Positions 28,692 through 38,782 are shown, counted from the stretch's first letter. The stretch: 59,656 nucleotides of DNA from a virus (IMGVR_UViG_3300009499_000123:1-59656), one strand, 5' to 3'. The notes: generated from the sequence alone by a model not told the origin. Made by a program: numbers and translations.

Positions 28692-30256
28692 GCGGCGTGT
28701 CCTTCGAACACATTCCATCCAATCTGCGCGTGCCGCTGTTCTACGCGGAGATGGACAACAGCCAGGCCAATCTGGGCGACCAGGCGCTCAATGCGCTGTT
28801 GATTGGTCAGATGTTTCCCTGGGGAACAGCCACGCCCAACAAGGCGGTGCTGGTCACCGATCCAAAGTCGGCCTTGGTCCTGTTCGGCCAGGGATCGATG
28901 CTGGCGCGCATGGTGGCCAGCTATCGGCTGCAGGATGCTGGTTCCTGCAACCTGTGGTGCATCCCCGTACAAGATGACCCCGCTGCCTCGCAGGCCTCGG
29001 GCACGATCGTCATCAACGGCTTCGCCAGCGCGGCGGGCGCCATCGCCCTCTACATCGCGGGCCAGCGCGTGAATGTCGGCGTCCAGCTGGGTGACAGCCC
29101 GTTCAACATCGCCGCCAACATGGTCAGCAGCATCAACGCCAATGCCGATCTGCCGGTGACCGCCACGACGGGGGCGTATGCCTTCGCCGCCGTGCGCCCC
29201 ATGTCGGCGATCGCCGAGGGCTCGGCCGTCGTCACGCTCACCAGCAAGTGGGCTGGGCAGACGGCCAACGACATCACCGTCCTCGACTCCTTCCTGGGGT
29301 GGAGCGCCGGTGAGCGCGTGCCCGCCGGTGTGACGCTGAGTTATTCCGGCCCCACGCTTGCGGGTGGGTCCACCGACCCGACGCTGGCGGCCACCGCCAT
29401 CCCGGGCATGGGCGATGACCCCTACGACTTCATCATCCACCCCTATGGCCAGGCGCAGGCCCTGAACGACCTGCAGCTGGAACTCAACGACATCACCGGG
29501 CGTTGGTCCTACGCCAAGCAGATCTACGGACACGGCTACACCGCCTTGCGCGGCATGCTCAGTGATCTGGTCGCCTTCGGCATGACGCGCAACGACCAGC
29601 ACCACACCGTTGCCGCCATCGATGCCGATTGCCCGAATCCCTGCTGGGAATACGCGGCAGCCTATGGCGGCGCCAACGCGGTCGACATCGCCGCCGATCC
29701 GGCGCGTCCCACCCAGACGACGCCGCTGCTGGGCCTGCTCGCGCCGCGCGCCGGCAATCGCTTCCTGTTCGAGGATCGCCAGGCGCTGCTCAATTTCGGG
29801 ATCGCGACGAGCTTCGTCTCCGGCGGCCAGTTGCGCGTGGAGCGCGCGATCACGACCTACCAGCAGAACGCCTTCGGCGCGCCGGACACCAGCTACCTCG
29901 ACTCGGAAACCCTGCACACCTCGGCCTACGTGCTGCGTGCGCTCAAGGGCGTGATCACGTCGAAGTATCCCCGGCACAAGCTGGCGAGTGATGGCACACG
30001 CTTCGCCGCCGGCCAGGCCATCGTGACGCCCGCCGTCATCAAGGGCGAGCTCTGCGCGATCTACGGGCAGATGGAATACCTGGGCATCGTCGAAAACCTC
30101 GACACCTTCAAGCAGTACCTGATCGTCGAGCGCGACACCACGGACCCCAACCGGGTCAATGTCCTCTTCCCGCCCGACTACGTCAATCAACTGCGGGTGT
30201 TCGCGGTACTGAACCAGTTCCGACTGCAGTACCCGGCCAACCAGATCGTCAGCTGA
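28688..30256 (+). CDS. Mu-like tail sheath protein
   Basis: IPSNLRVPLFYAE.DNS, FGQGSMLARM, DPARP.QT, ITTYQ.N..G..D.SYLDSE and YPRHKLA.DG. Confidence 0.93.
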   Translation: MSGVSFEHIPSNLRVPLFYAEMDNSQANLGDQALNALLIGQMFPWGTATPNKAVLVTDPKSALVLFGQGSMLARMVASYRLQDAGSCNLWCIPVQDDPAASQASGTIVINGFASAAGAIALYIAGQRVNVGVQLGDSPFNIAANMVSSINANADLPVTATTGAYAFAAVRPMSAIAEGSAVVTLTSKWAGQTANDITVLDSFLGWSAGERVPAGVTLSYSGPTLAGGSTDPTLAATAIPGMGDDPYDFIIHPYGQAQALNDLQLELNDITGRWSYAKQIYGHGYTALRGMLSDLVAFGMTRNDQHHTVAAIDADCPNPCWEYAAAYGGANAVDIAADPARPTQTTPLLGLLAPRAGNRFLFEDRQALLNFGIATSFVSGGQLRVERAITTYQQNAFGAPDTSYLDSETLHTSAYVLRALKGVITSKYPRHKLASDGTRFAAGQAIVTPAVIKGELCAIYGQMEYLGIVENLDTFKQYLIVERDTTDPNRVNVLFPPDYVNQLRVFAVLNQFRLQYPANQIVS

Positions 30257-30269
30257 CCAGGAGGCAACC

Positions 30270-30638
30270 ATGGCTCAACGTATCGCGGGCATCTGTTTCG
30301 TCAAGGTCAACGGCGCCCAATTCGAAATCTCCGGCGACATCGAGATTCCGCTGACCGAGTTCAAGCGCGAGGCCGTCATGGGCCTGTCCGGACCGGCCGG
30401 CTACAAGGAAACGGCGCTGGAACCCTACATCAAGGTGGTGGCGCTGTTCACGCCGGACTTTCCGGTGAACACCTTGCGCACCAACACCACACTGACCGTG
30501 ACGGCGGAACTCGCCAACGGCGTCGTCTACACGCTCTCCAACGCCTTCGTGCGCGGGGAGCCCAAAGCCAAACCCATCGACGGCACGATCGAGATCGAGT
30601 TCTCGGGAAGCCAGGGACAGTGGAGTAACAACCAATGA
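30270..30638 (+). CDS. Mu-like tail tube protein
   Basis: RIAG.C..KV.G..GYKE..PYI..AELANG..Y; follows the sheath gene. Confidence 0.88.
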   Translation: MAQRIAGICFVKVNGAQFEISGDIEIPLTEFKREAVMGLSGPAGYKETALEPYIKVVALFTPDFPVNTLRTNTTLTVTAELANGVVYTLSNAFVRGEPKAKPIDGTIEIEFSGSQGQWSNNQ

Positions 30639-31009
30639 GCGACCAAGAACTGACCATCCCCCTGTCCGCGCCGGTGATGGCGCATGGCGAGGAAATCACC
30701 TGCCTGGTGCTGCGCCAGCCGACCACGGCGGACCTGATCGAACTGGGGCAACCGATGCGGCTGCTGCCAGGCAATGGCATGGAGGACGCCGCCGTCGAAG
30801 TGCGCATGGGCGTGGTGGCGCATTACGTGGCGCGCCTTGCGTCGATTCCACTGTCCAGCGTCAAGTCCCTGTCGCTGGGTGACTTTGGCCGTGCGACGCA
30901 GGCGGTCCTGGGTTTTTTCGGGGAAGACGGCTCGGATCGGACGAACAGTTCGCCGAGCGCGTCTTCGAAGTCGCCTGGTTCTTCAAAACATCCCCGCGCG
31001 ACGTCCTGA
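30635..31009 (+). CDS. Tail assembly chaperone (gp41-like); a -1 frameshift extends it to 31086
   Basis: L.AP...HGE....L.LR.PT..D; slippery G GGT TTT TTC at 30910-30919. Confidence 0.85.
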   Translation: MSDQELTIPLSAPVMAHGEEITCLVLRQPTTADLIELGQPMRLLPGNGMEDAAVEVRMGVVAHYVARLASIPLSSVKSLSLGDFGRATQAVLGFFGEDGSDRTNSSPSASSKSPGSSKHPRATS

Positions 31010-31110
31010 GCTTGACCCTCACCGAATTCGAACTCTGGAACCGGCAGGCCGAGCGCATCGCGCAGCGCCTGCAGGGCGACGAGTGACGGCATCCGAATCA
31101 GAAACCAATC

Positions 31111-32916
31111 ATGTCTGACCGTTTCGAGCTCAAGGCCATTTTGTCGGCCAACGCGGAGAGCCTCATCCATGCCCTGAAGTCGGTCGAGGCCCCCGCGCAG
31201 GCTGCGCGCAAATACCTCACCGACATCGGCAAGTCCGCCTCCGGCCTGGCGGGCAAGTTCGGTTTGCCGGTCGGGATCGCCGGTGGCCTGGCGGCCGGTT
31301 TCGGCCTCGCCAAGGTCAAGGATGCGGTGCACACCTATGCCGAACTAGGTGAGGCGGTGCACCACGGCGCCACGCGCGCGGGCATGAGCGTCGAGCAGTT
31401 CCAGCGCATGAAGTACGTGGCGGAGCAAAACGGCGTCGCGGTCGAACAGATGGAAGGCGCCATGGGCAAGCTGAACCTGACGCTCGGGCGCGCGGCCGGC
31501 GGGCGAGGCAAGGAAGCCGCCGCGCTGTTCGCTCGCCTGGGCATCGCCATGCGCGATGCGTCCGGTCAACTGCGTTCGGGCATGACTGTGCTGCCCGAAC
31601 TGGCCGATGCGTTCGTGCGCAACGAAAACCCGGCCGTGCGTGCCCGTATGGGGATGGCCTTGTTCGGCAAGAAGTGGCAGGAGATCGTGCCGCTGCTGGA
31701 AGCCGGCGGCAAGGGCATCGAGGAAGCCCAGGCGCGCATGTCGCGCTTCAAGGGCGTCATGAACGAGGAGAATATCGACCGATCGCGGGAATTCGCCAAG
31801 TCGCTGCGCGATCTGGAGATGGTCAGCAAGGGCTTCCAGATGACCATCGCCAAGAGCCTGGTGCCGGCGATCAAACCGCTGCTCGATGGCTTCAACGACT
31901 GGATGGCAGCCAACAAGAAGCTGGTGTCCGCCGAGGTCGGCCGCATGGCCAAGGATCTCGGACATTGGCTGTCCAGCATCGACTGGCGCGGCATGGCCCG
32001 CAGTGTGTTGGCCTTCGGCCAGGGCATCGGCAAACTGGTCGATTTCGTCGGCGGCCCGCGCAATGCGCTGATCGGCCTGGCGGTCGTGATGAATGCCCAG
32101 ACGATCATGGCCCTGGGCGGCCTGGTTGGCGCCATCGGCCGCGCGGGCCTGGCATTTCTTGGTATGGCGGCACGGGCCTATGTCGCGAGCAATGCGGCGC
32201 TGCTGTCGATGGCGCGCACCGGCATCGCGGCCACGCTGCTCACCGGCCCGCTTGGGCGCTTGCGCGCACTGTGGACGTTGCTCGCCACCACGACGGTGTC
32301 GATGAGCGGCCTGATGTCGGGCGCCATGGCGATGGTCAGTGGCGGCATTCGCGCCGTCGGTGCGGCGCTGATGGCCAACCCGCTGGGCATCATTCTCGCG
32401 ATCGCCTCGGCAGCTTGGCTGATTTATGAGAACTGGGACACCGTCAAAAGCTGGTTCACCGGCTTCTGGAACTGGATCAAGGCCCATGCCGAACTGATCC
32501 TCACCTGCCTCGGCCCGATCGGCTGGGTCGCCAGCACGATCATCGAGCATTGGGAGCCGCTCAAAGCCTGGTTCGGCGATTTCGTGCGCTGGCTGTCGGA
32601 CAAGCTGCGCTGGATGGTCGATGCCGCCAAAGCCGTGGGCCATGCCTTCGGTATCGGTGGCGGCGACGAAAGATCGGCGAGCCCCGAGCCAGGCAACCCC
32701 TCCCGGGGCACGCCTCTGGGGGCGATGGCATCCCCGGTTGCCGGTAACCGCCCCTCCTTGCTGGGGACGGCTGCCGGCGCCGCCAAGGTGGAGGGCCAGG
32801 TGAACATCAAGATCGACGGCCTGCCTGCAGGTTCACGCGTCGAACAGGTGCGCGGCGGCACCATGCCGATCAATGTCGATGCCGGCTACAGCGCGCATGC
32901 GCTGCTTATGCCATAG
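31111..32916 (+). CDS. Tape measure protein
   Basis: Ala/Gly-rich helical protein with ANPLG..IYENWDTVK Trp/Phe repeats; synteny. Confidence 0.88.
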   Translation: MSDRFELKAILSANAESLIHALKSVEAPAQAARKYLTDIGKSASGLAGKFGLPVGIAGGLAAGFGLAKVKDAVHTYAELGEAVHHGATRAGMSVEQFQRMKYVAEQNGVAVEQMEGAMGKLNLTLGRAAGGRGKEAAALFARLGIAMRDASGQLRSGMTVLPELADAFVRNENPAVRARMGMALFGKKWQEIVPLLEAGGKGIEEAQARMSRFKGVMNEENIDRSREFAKSLRDLEMVSKGFQMTIAKSLVPAIKPLLDGFNDWMAANKKLVSAEVGRMAKDLGHWLSSIDWRGMARSVLAFGQGIGKLVDFVGGPRNALIGLAVVMNAQTIMALGGLVGAIGRAGLAFLGMAARAYVASNAALLSMARTGIAATLLTGPLGRLRALWTLLATTTVSMSGLMSGAMAMVSGGIRAVGAALMANPLGIILAIASAAWLIYENWDTVKSWFTGFWNWIKAHAELILTCLGPIGWVASTIIEHWEPLKAWFGDFVRWLSDKLRWMVDAAKAVGHAFGIGGGDERSASPEPGNPSRGTPLGAMASPVAGNRPSLLGTAAGAAKVEGQVNIKIDGLPAGSRVEQVRGGTMPINVDAGYSAHALLMP

Positions 32917-32931
32917 CGCCGGATTCCTCTC

Positions 32932-34194
32932 ATGGCCAAGTATTCCGACTCTCTGCATACGGCATCCTTTCGCGGGGTGGTGTTCCAGGTCAATGGCGCC
33001 GACTGCGGCGCCGGCCGACGCGTGCAGGTCCATGAATACCCCCAGCGCGACATGCCCTGGGTGGAGGACCTGGGCCGTGCCACCCGCGAGATCGCGCTGG
33101 ACGCCTTTCTGATCGGTGCGGACTACATCGATCAGGCCAATCGCCTGCTCTCAGTTCTGGAGATGGCTGGGCCGGGGACGCTCGTGCATCCCTGGCTGGG
33201 AACGATGCAGGTGTGCCTGTCCGCACCGGCTCGCGTGCGCTTCGATTCCGGCCTGGGCGTGGCGACGGTATCCCTGTCCTTCGTCGAATCGGGCGAACTC
33301 ACGTTCCCGATTCCGACGAGTTCCACCCAGGCGGCCAGCCGGCTCGCGGCCGATGGACTGGCCACGGCGGCCATCCAGGATTTTGCGGGCAGTTTCACGG
33401 TCGCGGGCTTTCAGAGCTTCGTCGCGGCGGCGGCCCAAGGACGACTGGCCGCCATGCTGGGTTTCGTGGGGGCTGGGCAGATCGCGCAGGTGCTCGCGAA
33501 CTTCACATCGCAGGCCACCTCGGTCGCCAACCTGGTCACCCAGGCGGCGTCTTTTCTGAGCAATCCGGCGATGCTGGGTCAGACGCTGCTCAATGCCTTC
33601 GGCCTGTCGGGCGCGGCGGGCGCCGTCGCCGCCTGGTCCAACGTGGTCAAGCTGCTCACCGGCACGGCGTCGTCGAACGCCATGCTGGCGCGCACCCCGG
33701 TCGTGGCGGCCACGCCGTCACGCCGGCAGATCGATACCAATGCCGTCGCGCTCTACGGCCTGGGCCGGCAACTCCTGCTCGCGCAAGCGGTGGGCATTTC
33801 GTCCCTGGTGGGCACCGAGCAGGACAGCGTGCAGGCCGGCATCAGCCAGCCGTCGGGCGGCATGCCGGTCGCCCCACAACAGGTCACGCAAGACAGCATG
33901 CTGGCGGTGCGCGACGCGCTGCTCTCCACGCTCGACGCCGAGATGCGCCGCTGCGGGGACGCCGCCTATGAGGCGTTGCAGACCGCGAGCGCGGCGGTCT
34001 ATGTGGATTTGACGGCCCGGGCGCAGGGCGCGGCTCGTCTGACCGCCTGGACGCCGCCCGAGACGATGCCGATGCTGGCCGTCGCCTACGAGTTGTACGC
34101 GGATGCGTCGCGCGATGCCGAGATCCAGTCGCGCAACGGCATCCGCCATCCCGGCTTCGTGCCGCCCGGCGCGCTTTCCGTGATCGTGGCCTGA
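32932..34194 (+). CDS. Mu gpN-like DNA circularization/tail protein
   Basis: ASFRGVVF..GRRVQVHEYPQRD..EDLGR..GTLVHPW..RN.I.HPGFVP. Confidence 0.9.
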   Translation: MAKYSDSLHTASFRGVVFQVNGADCGAGRRVQVHEYPQRDMPWVEDLGRATREIALDAFLIGADYIDQANRLLSVLEMAGPGTLVHPWLGTMQVCLSAPARVRFDSGLGVATVSLSFVESGELTFPIPTSSTQAASRLAADGLATAAIQDFAGSFTVAGFQSFVAAAAQGRLAAMLGFVGAGQIAQVLANFTSQATSVANLVTQAASFLSNPAMLGQTLLNAFGLSGAAGAVAAWSNVVKLLTGTASSNAMLARTPVVAATPSRRQIDTNAVALYGLGRQLLLAQAVGISSLVGTEQDSVQAGISQPSGGMPVAPQQVTQDSMLAVRDALLSTLDAEMRRCGDAAYEALQTASAAVYVDLTARAQGAARLTAWTPPETMPMLAVAYELYADASRDAEIQSRNGIRHPGFVPPGALSVIVA

Positions 34195-34195
34195 C

Positions 34196-35491
34196 ATGGC
34201 GAGCACTGATCCAGGCTATCCGGCGGGCCTGCCGGAGAATCAGGTGCGCCTCGTGGTGGGCGGCCAGGAATTCGGCGGCTGGAAGAAGATCCGCATCGAG
34301 GCCGGGATCGAGCGGCAGGCGCGCAGCTTCGAGCTGGAAGTCACCGACCGCTGGCCCGGACCGACCTCGGCCGCCACCGCAGACACCGCACCACCGGTCT
34401 GGCGCCGTATCCGGCCATTCGATGCCTGTCAGGTGCTGATCGGCAACGACCTGGTGCTGACCGGCTATGTCGATGCCACCCCGATCCAGTATGACGGCAA
34501 GCGCGTCAGCGTCACCGTCAAGGGCCGCAGCCGCACCTGCGATCTGGTCGACTGCTGCCCGCCCGATTCCGGGCGGGCAGCACCGGCGGGCAACGGCCTG
34601 TGGGCGGACGTCAAAGGCAAGGACGGCAAGACCGGCACGGTCGTCAAGCCGGCGGCGGCCAACACCAACGTCTGGCGCAACGCCAAGCTGGAGACCATTG
34701 CCGCCGCGCTGGCCGCGCCCTATGGCGTGCGCGTGCTGACCGAGATCGACAGCGGTGCGCCGATCACCGAGCACCACGTCCAGGTCGGGGAAACCGTGTT
34801 CGAGAGCATCGACCGGCTGATGCGCCTGCGCCATGTGCTGTCCACCGACAACGCCCGGGGCGACCTGGTGTTCATCGATGTCGGCAGCGCCGGCAATGCC
34901 ACCACCACGCTCGAGTTGGGCCAGAACATCCGGGAGGGGAGTTGCGAACTCGACTTCAAGGCGGTGATGTCCAGCTACGTCGTGAAGGGCCAGCGTGCGG
35001 GCAATGACGGCGACTTCGGCGTCATTGCCAACGAGGTCGAAGGCGACGATGACGGCGAGGCCGAGTTCGAAGGCGGGATCTCCGACGCCGGCACGCCGGT
35101 GACGGCGAGTCTGACGGATGCGCGTTCCAAGCGCTTTCGGGTGCTGGTGCTCAAGCAAGCCGGCCATGCCGACGCCGGCACCTGCCAGGACCGGGCGCTG
35201 TACGAGCGCGCGCACCGGGCCGCCAAGGCGCTCGAAGCCACCTATACGGTCGCTGGCTGGCGCCAGGGTGACGGACAGCTGTGGGTGCCGAACCTGCTGG
35301 TACGCGTCCGGGACGACTTGATCGGCTTCGACCAGACCATGGTCATCGCCGAAGCGCATTACCTGCTCGACGACAACGGACTGCGCACGCAATTGCGTGT
35401 CGGGCCGCCCGATGGTTACCGCTCCAAGGCGGCCAAGCCGCGCAAGGGCATCAAGCGCGGCGGCGCCGACACCTGGGGAGATGTGGAATGA
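34196..35491 (+). CDS. Mu gpP/gp44-like baseplate hub
   Basis: FGGWK..I..GIE..ARSF.L..TGYVD..GRS.T.DLVDC..GWRQ..G.LW.PN. Confidence 0.88.
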   Translation: MASTDPGYPAGLPENQVRLVVGGQEFGGWKKIRIEAGIERQARSFELEVTDRWPGPTSAATADTAPPVWRRIRPFDACQVLIGNDLVLTGYVDATPIQYDGKRVSVTVKGRSRTCDLVDCCPPDSGRAAPAGNGLWADVKGKDGKTGTVVKPAAANTNVWRNAKLETIAAALAAPYGVRVLTEIDSGAPITEHHVQVGETVFESIDRLMRLRHVLSTDNARGDLVFIDVGSAGNATTTLELGQNIREGSCELDFKAVMSSYVVKGQRAGNDGDFGVIANEVEGDDDGEAEFEGGISDAGTPVTASLTDARSKRFRVLVLKQAGHADAGTCQDRALYERAHRAAKALEATYTVAGWRQGDGQLWVPNLLVRVRDDLIGFDQTMVIAEAHYLLDDNGLRTQLRVGPPDGYRSKAAKPRKGIKRGGADTWGDVE

Positions 35492-35501
35492 GGTTCAATC
35501 C

Positions 35502-36140
35502 ATGACGGATTTCGCGCGCCTGGTCGCGCCCTATGCGCGCCGCCTGTCCAACATGGTCGCGCGTGGCAGCGTGTCCCTGGTCAACGCGGCGACCAAGATG
35601 CAGAGCCTGCAACTGCGCCTGTTGGCCGGCGAGTCCAAGGATGACGTCGAGCATTTCGAGCCGTATGGCTTGACCAGCCATCCCCAGCCCGGCGCCGAAT
35701 GCGTCGCGCTTTTTCTCGATGGCGACCGCTCGCATGGCGTCGTCGTGTGCGTGGCCGATCGTCGCTATCGGGTCAAGGGCCTGGCGAGCGGCGAAGTCAT
35801 CTTGCATGACGACCAGGGGCAGTCCGTCTATCTCATGCGCGGCGGCATCAAGCTGACTGACAAGGCGGGATCGACCGTTGTGATGCAAGGTGACGGCAGC
35901 GGATCGATGACGTTCGCGGCCGGCCTCACGATCAACGCGAACAGCAAGATCGTCGGCACGCTGGAAGTGACCCAGAACATCACGAGCGACGCCAGCATCA
36001 CGGCGGCACAGGACGTCGGTGACCAGGGTGGTGTCAAGACGATGGCCGGCATGCGGGAGATCTACAACGGCCACACGCATGCCGGCACCGACAGCCACGG
36101 CGACGGCTTCACCACCAACCCGCCGAACCAGCAGGAATAA
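35502..36140 (+). CDS. Baseplate spike (gpV / Mu gp45)
   Basis: EHFEPYGLTS.P..GDRSHG..DRRYR; C-terminal YNGHTH metal-binding tip. Confidence 0.9.
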   Translation: MTDFARLVAPYARRLSNMVARGSVSLVNAATKMQSLQLRLLAGESKDDVEHFEPYGLTSHPQPGAECVALFLDGDRSHGVVVCVADRRYRVKGLASGEVILHDDQGQSVYLMRGGIKLTDKAGSTVVMQGDGSGSMTFAAGLTINANSKIVGTLEVTQNITSDASITAAQDVGDQGGVKTMAGMREIYNGHTHAGTDSHGDGFTTNPPNQQE

Positions 36141-36143
36141 GCC

Positions 36144-36611
36144 ATGCGCGACACCATGCCGCTGACCGTCACCTTCGACGGCCAGACGACCCCGCTCGGC
36201 CTGCTCCAGGACATCGACAACGACAAGGCCCATCCGCTGGTGCGGGCCGTGCTCATCAGTCTCTTCACCTGGCGCCGCGCCAATGCCGACGACACCTTGC
36301 CCGACCCGAAGGGGTTTCGCATGGGCTGGTGGGGCGACTCCTACCCGGCGGTGGCCAACGACCGCATCGGCTCACGCCTGTGGCTGCTGGCGCGCGCGAA
36401 GCTCACGCTGACCACGGTGCAACGAGCCCAGGACTATGCCGAAGAGGCCCTGCAGTGGCTGATCGACGATGGCGTCGCCGCCCGCATCGCCGTGCGTGCG
36501 GAGCGCCAGGGCCTGTCGACGCTGGCCCTGCAATGCACGCTGTTCGCGGCCGATGGCACGGCGAACGCGGTGCTCAGGTTCGACAACCTCTGGAGTCTCT
36601 TGAATGTTTAA
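36144..36611 (+). CDS. Mu gp46-like baseplate protein
   Basis: ISLFTWRRA..GWWGD..IGSRLWLL.R.K..EALQWL..DG. Confidence 0.92.
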   Translation: MRDTMPLTVTFDGQTTPLGLLQDIDNDKAHPLVRAVLISLFTWRRANADDTLPDPKGFRMGWWGDSYPAVANDRIGSRLWLLARAKLTLTTVQRAQDYAEEALQWLIDDGVAARIAVRAERQGLSTLALQCTLFAADGTANAVLRFDNLWSLLNV

Positions 36612-37665
36612 CCGTCCGTCCCTCGCGGACCTGATCAATCGCACGACGAACGACGTGTTTCAACGGCTGCAGCAAGACAACGTGCTGCGCCGCGCCGACG
36701 CCCAGGTCTATGCCCGCGTGCTCGCCGGCGTGGCCCATGGCCTGTACGGTTTCATTGAATGGATCAGCCGCCAGATCATCATCGACACCGCCGAAGCCGA
36801 GTTCCTGGAGCGCTGGGCCTCCATCTGGGGCGTGCAGCGTCTCGCGGCAACACCCGCCACCGGCACCATCACCTTCACGGTGGCGCCGGGGGCAGCGGAC
36901 ATCCCGGCCGGTACGCTGGTGCAGACGCTCGATGGCACGCAATTCCAGACGACAGCGGACATCACGGTCAGCGGACTCCAGGCCACGACCACCGTCACGG
37001 CGGTCGCACCGTCTGCCGCCAGCAACGGCTACGCCGGGCAGACGGCCAATCTGGTCACGCCGGTGCTGGGCGTGCAGACCGCTGCCGTGCTCGGGCTGCT
37101 TGCCGGTGGCGGCGACCTCGAGTCCGACGACAGTCTGCGCGAGCGGCTGCTCAACCGCATCCAGCAACCGCCGCAAGGCGGGGACGCCAACGACTACGTG
37201 CAATGGACCCTGGCAACGCCCGGCGGCGGCGCCACCCGTGCTTGGGTCGTGGCCGAGCAATTCGGGCAAGGCACGGTGGGCGTCGCCTTCGTCTGCGACG
37301 GCAACGGCGCGGGCGCGGCGATCCTTCCCTCGGCCGCGCAGATCGCGGCCGTCGCCGCCTTCATCGACACGGTCCGCCCGGTCACCGCGCATGTGACGGT
37401 CTATGCGCCGGTCGCCGTGCCGATCGATTTCGCGATCGAAGGATTGAGCCCGGACACGCTGGCCGTTCAACAGGCCATCACGGCCGAACTCGCCGATCTG
37501 CTGGCGCGTGAGGGGCAGCCCGGCGGCACGATCCTGCTGTCGCACATGCGCTCGGCGATTTCCTCTGCGGCCCAGGAATGGGACTACGTGCTGGTTACTC
37601 CGGCCGCCAACGTCGTGTTGTCGCCCGGCCAAATCCCGGTCATGGGGAGGGTGGTATGGCAGTGA
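36604..37665 (+). CDS. Baseplate J / Mu gp47-like wedge protein
   Basis: GGGD.ESDDSLRERLL..PPQGG..DY..W..RAWV..GTV..RPVTA. Confidence 0.92.
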   Translation: MFNRPSLADLINRTTNDVFQRLQQDNVLRRADAQVYARVLAGVAHGLYGFIEWISRQIIIDTAEAEFLERWASIWGVQRLAATPATGTITFTVAPGAADIPAGTLVQTLDGTQFQTTADITVSGLQATTTVTAVAPSAASNGYAGQTANLVTPVLGVQTAAVLGLLAGGGDLESDDSLRERLLNRIQQPPQGGDANDYVQWTLATPGGGATRAWVVAEQFGQGTVGVAFVCDGNGAGAAILPSAAQIAAVAAFIDTVRPVTAHVTVYAPVAVPIDFAIEGLSPDTLAVQQAITAELADLLAREGQPGGTILLSHMRSAISSAAQEWDYVLVTPAANVVLSPGQIPVMGRVVWQ

Positions 37666-38279
37666 CGCAGCAGGTCAGCCAGCCACTGGCCGCCGCCGAC
37701 TACCTGGCGTCGCTGCAAAAGCTCCTGCCCTATGGCCCGGCGTGGACCGATGACGCCGACGCGGCCATCACCCGGCTGCTGACGGGCCTCGCGCAGGAAC
37801 TGGCACGGATCGATGCCAGAAGCTGGCAACTCATCGACGAGGCCGATCCGCGCACCACCAACGAATTGTTTCCCGATTGGCAGCGGGTGGCGGGCTTGCC
37901 CGATCCGTGCGTGGTAGCGCTCGGCAGTCAGCAGACGTTTGCGCAGCGACGGGCCACGCTGGTGTCCCGGCTGATCCAGGTCGGCGGCCAGTCTCGCGGT
38001 TACTTCATCGCCGTGGCGCGGGCATTGGGCTTCGCCATCTCGATCACTGAAGGCTGGCAGGAAATCGACACCGTCATTTCGCCGGTCAACAACCCGCTGG
38101 CCAATAGCAACTGGATTTACACCTGGACGATTCACGTGCCCCTCGGGGACACGCGCAGCACGCTCACCGTCAACGGCCGCGTCTCCGATCCGCTCGCGGC
38201 CTGGGGCAACACCTTGCTCGAGTGCGTGATGCGGCGGCTCAAGCCCGCCCACACCACGCTGCTCTTCAGCTACACGTAG
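37656..38279 (+). CDS. YmfQ / Mu gp48-like baseplate protein
   Basis: LLP.GPAW..E.DP..PDW.R..GLPD..GGQS..YF..LEC....KPAHT. Confidence 0.9.
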   Translation: MAVTQQVSQPLAAADYLASLQKLLPYGPAWTDDADAAITRLLTGLAQELARIDARSWQLIDEADPRTTNELFPDWQRVAGLPDPCVVALGSQQTFAQRRATLVSRLIQVGGQSRGYFIAVARALGFAISITEGWQEIDTVISPVNNPLANSNWIYTWTIHVPLGDTRSTLTVNGRVSDPLAAWGNTLLECVMRRLKPAHTTLLFSYT

Positions 38280-38287
38280 GAGATCAC

Positions 38288-38782
38288 ATGGACAACCGCG
38301 TCTGGGAGGCCAACGCCGCCCAAACACCACCTGCCGTGCCGGCCAATCCGTCGATCGGCTACCCGACCGACGGGAATCCGGCCACCAATACGCCGGCCAC
38401 CACGCCGGGGGATTACTGGTTCTATCAGGTCAGCGAGGAGATCCGCAATGTCATCCTGGCCGCTGGGCTCGCACCCGACCGCAACGCGCTCAACCAGCTC
38501 AGGCAGGCGATCGAGGTCCTGATCAATGCAGCGGTCGCCGCCGCGCTGGCGAACTACCGACCACCGGCGCCAGCTCCCACGCCCACACCGACCCCCGCAC
38601 CGACCCCGACGCCGACGCCGACGCCGACACCAACACCAACACCAACACCGACACCGACACCAACGCCTACGCCTACGCCAACTCCACCACCGCCGCCTCC
38701 ACCACCTCCACCACCTCCACCACCGCCGCCGCCACCGCCACCGCCACCGCCACCACCCCCACCGCCACCGCCGGGCGGCTGA
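38288..38782 (+). CDS. Tail-fibre-like protein (164 aa): Mu-type attachment domain, Pro-Thr repeats, Pro30, Gly-Gly
   Basis: TDGNP....PAT....WF....EE..NVI..AG...D....QL..AI is the Mu-type fibre N-terminus. Pro-X repeats at 38561-38683 and 30 Pro codons at 38684-38773; AGGAG RBS. Confidence 0.85.
   Translation: MDNRVWEANAAQTPPAVPANPSIGYPTDGNPATNTPATTPGDYWFYQVSEEIRNVILAAGLAPDRNALNQLRQAIEVLINAAVAAALANYRPPAPAPTPTPTPAPTPTPTPTPTPTPTPTPTPTPTPTPTPTPPPPPPPPPPPPPPPPPPPPPPPPPPPPPPGG

Noticed and set aside
28340-30271. Long antisense ORFs opposite real genes (this 643-aa one, also 33884-35392 and 47370-48980)
   Set aside because: Expected stop-poor shadow frames in high-GC coding DNA, with no motifs.
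38561-38773. Poly-Pro tract as a plain microsatellite or assembly artefact
   Set aside because: Third codon positions vary, the frame is kept, and the tract ends cleanly in GG-stop before the next RBS. Read-level confirmation is still advisable.
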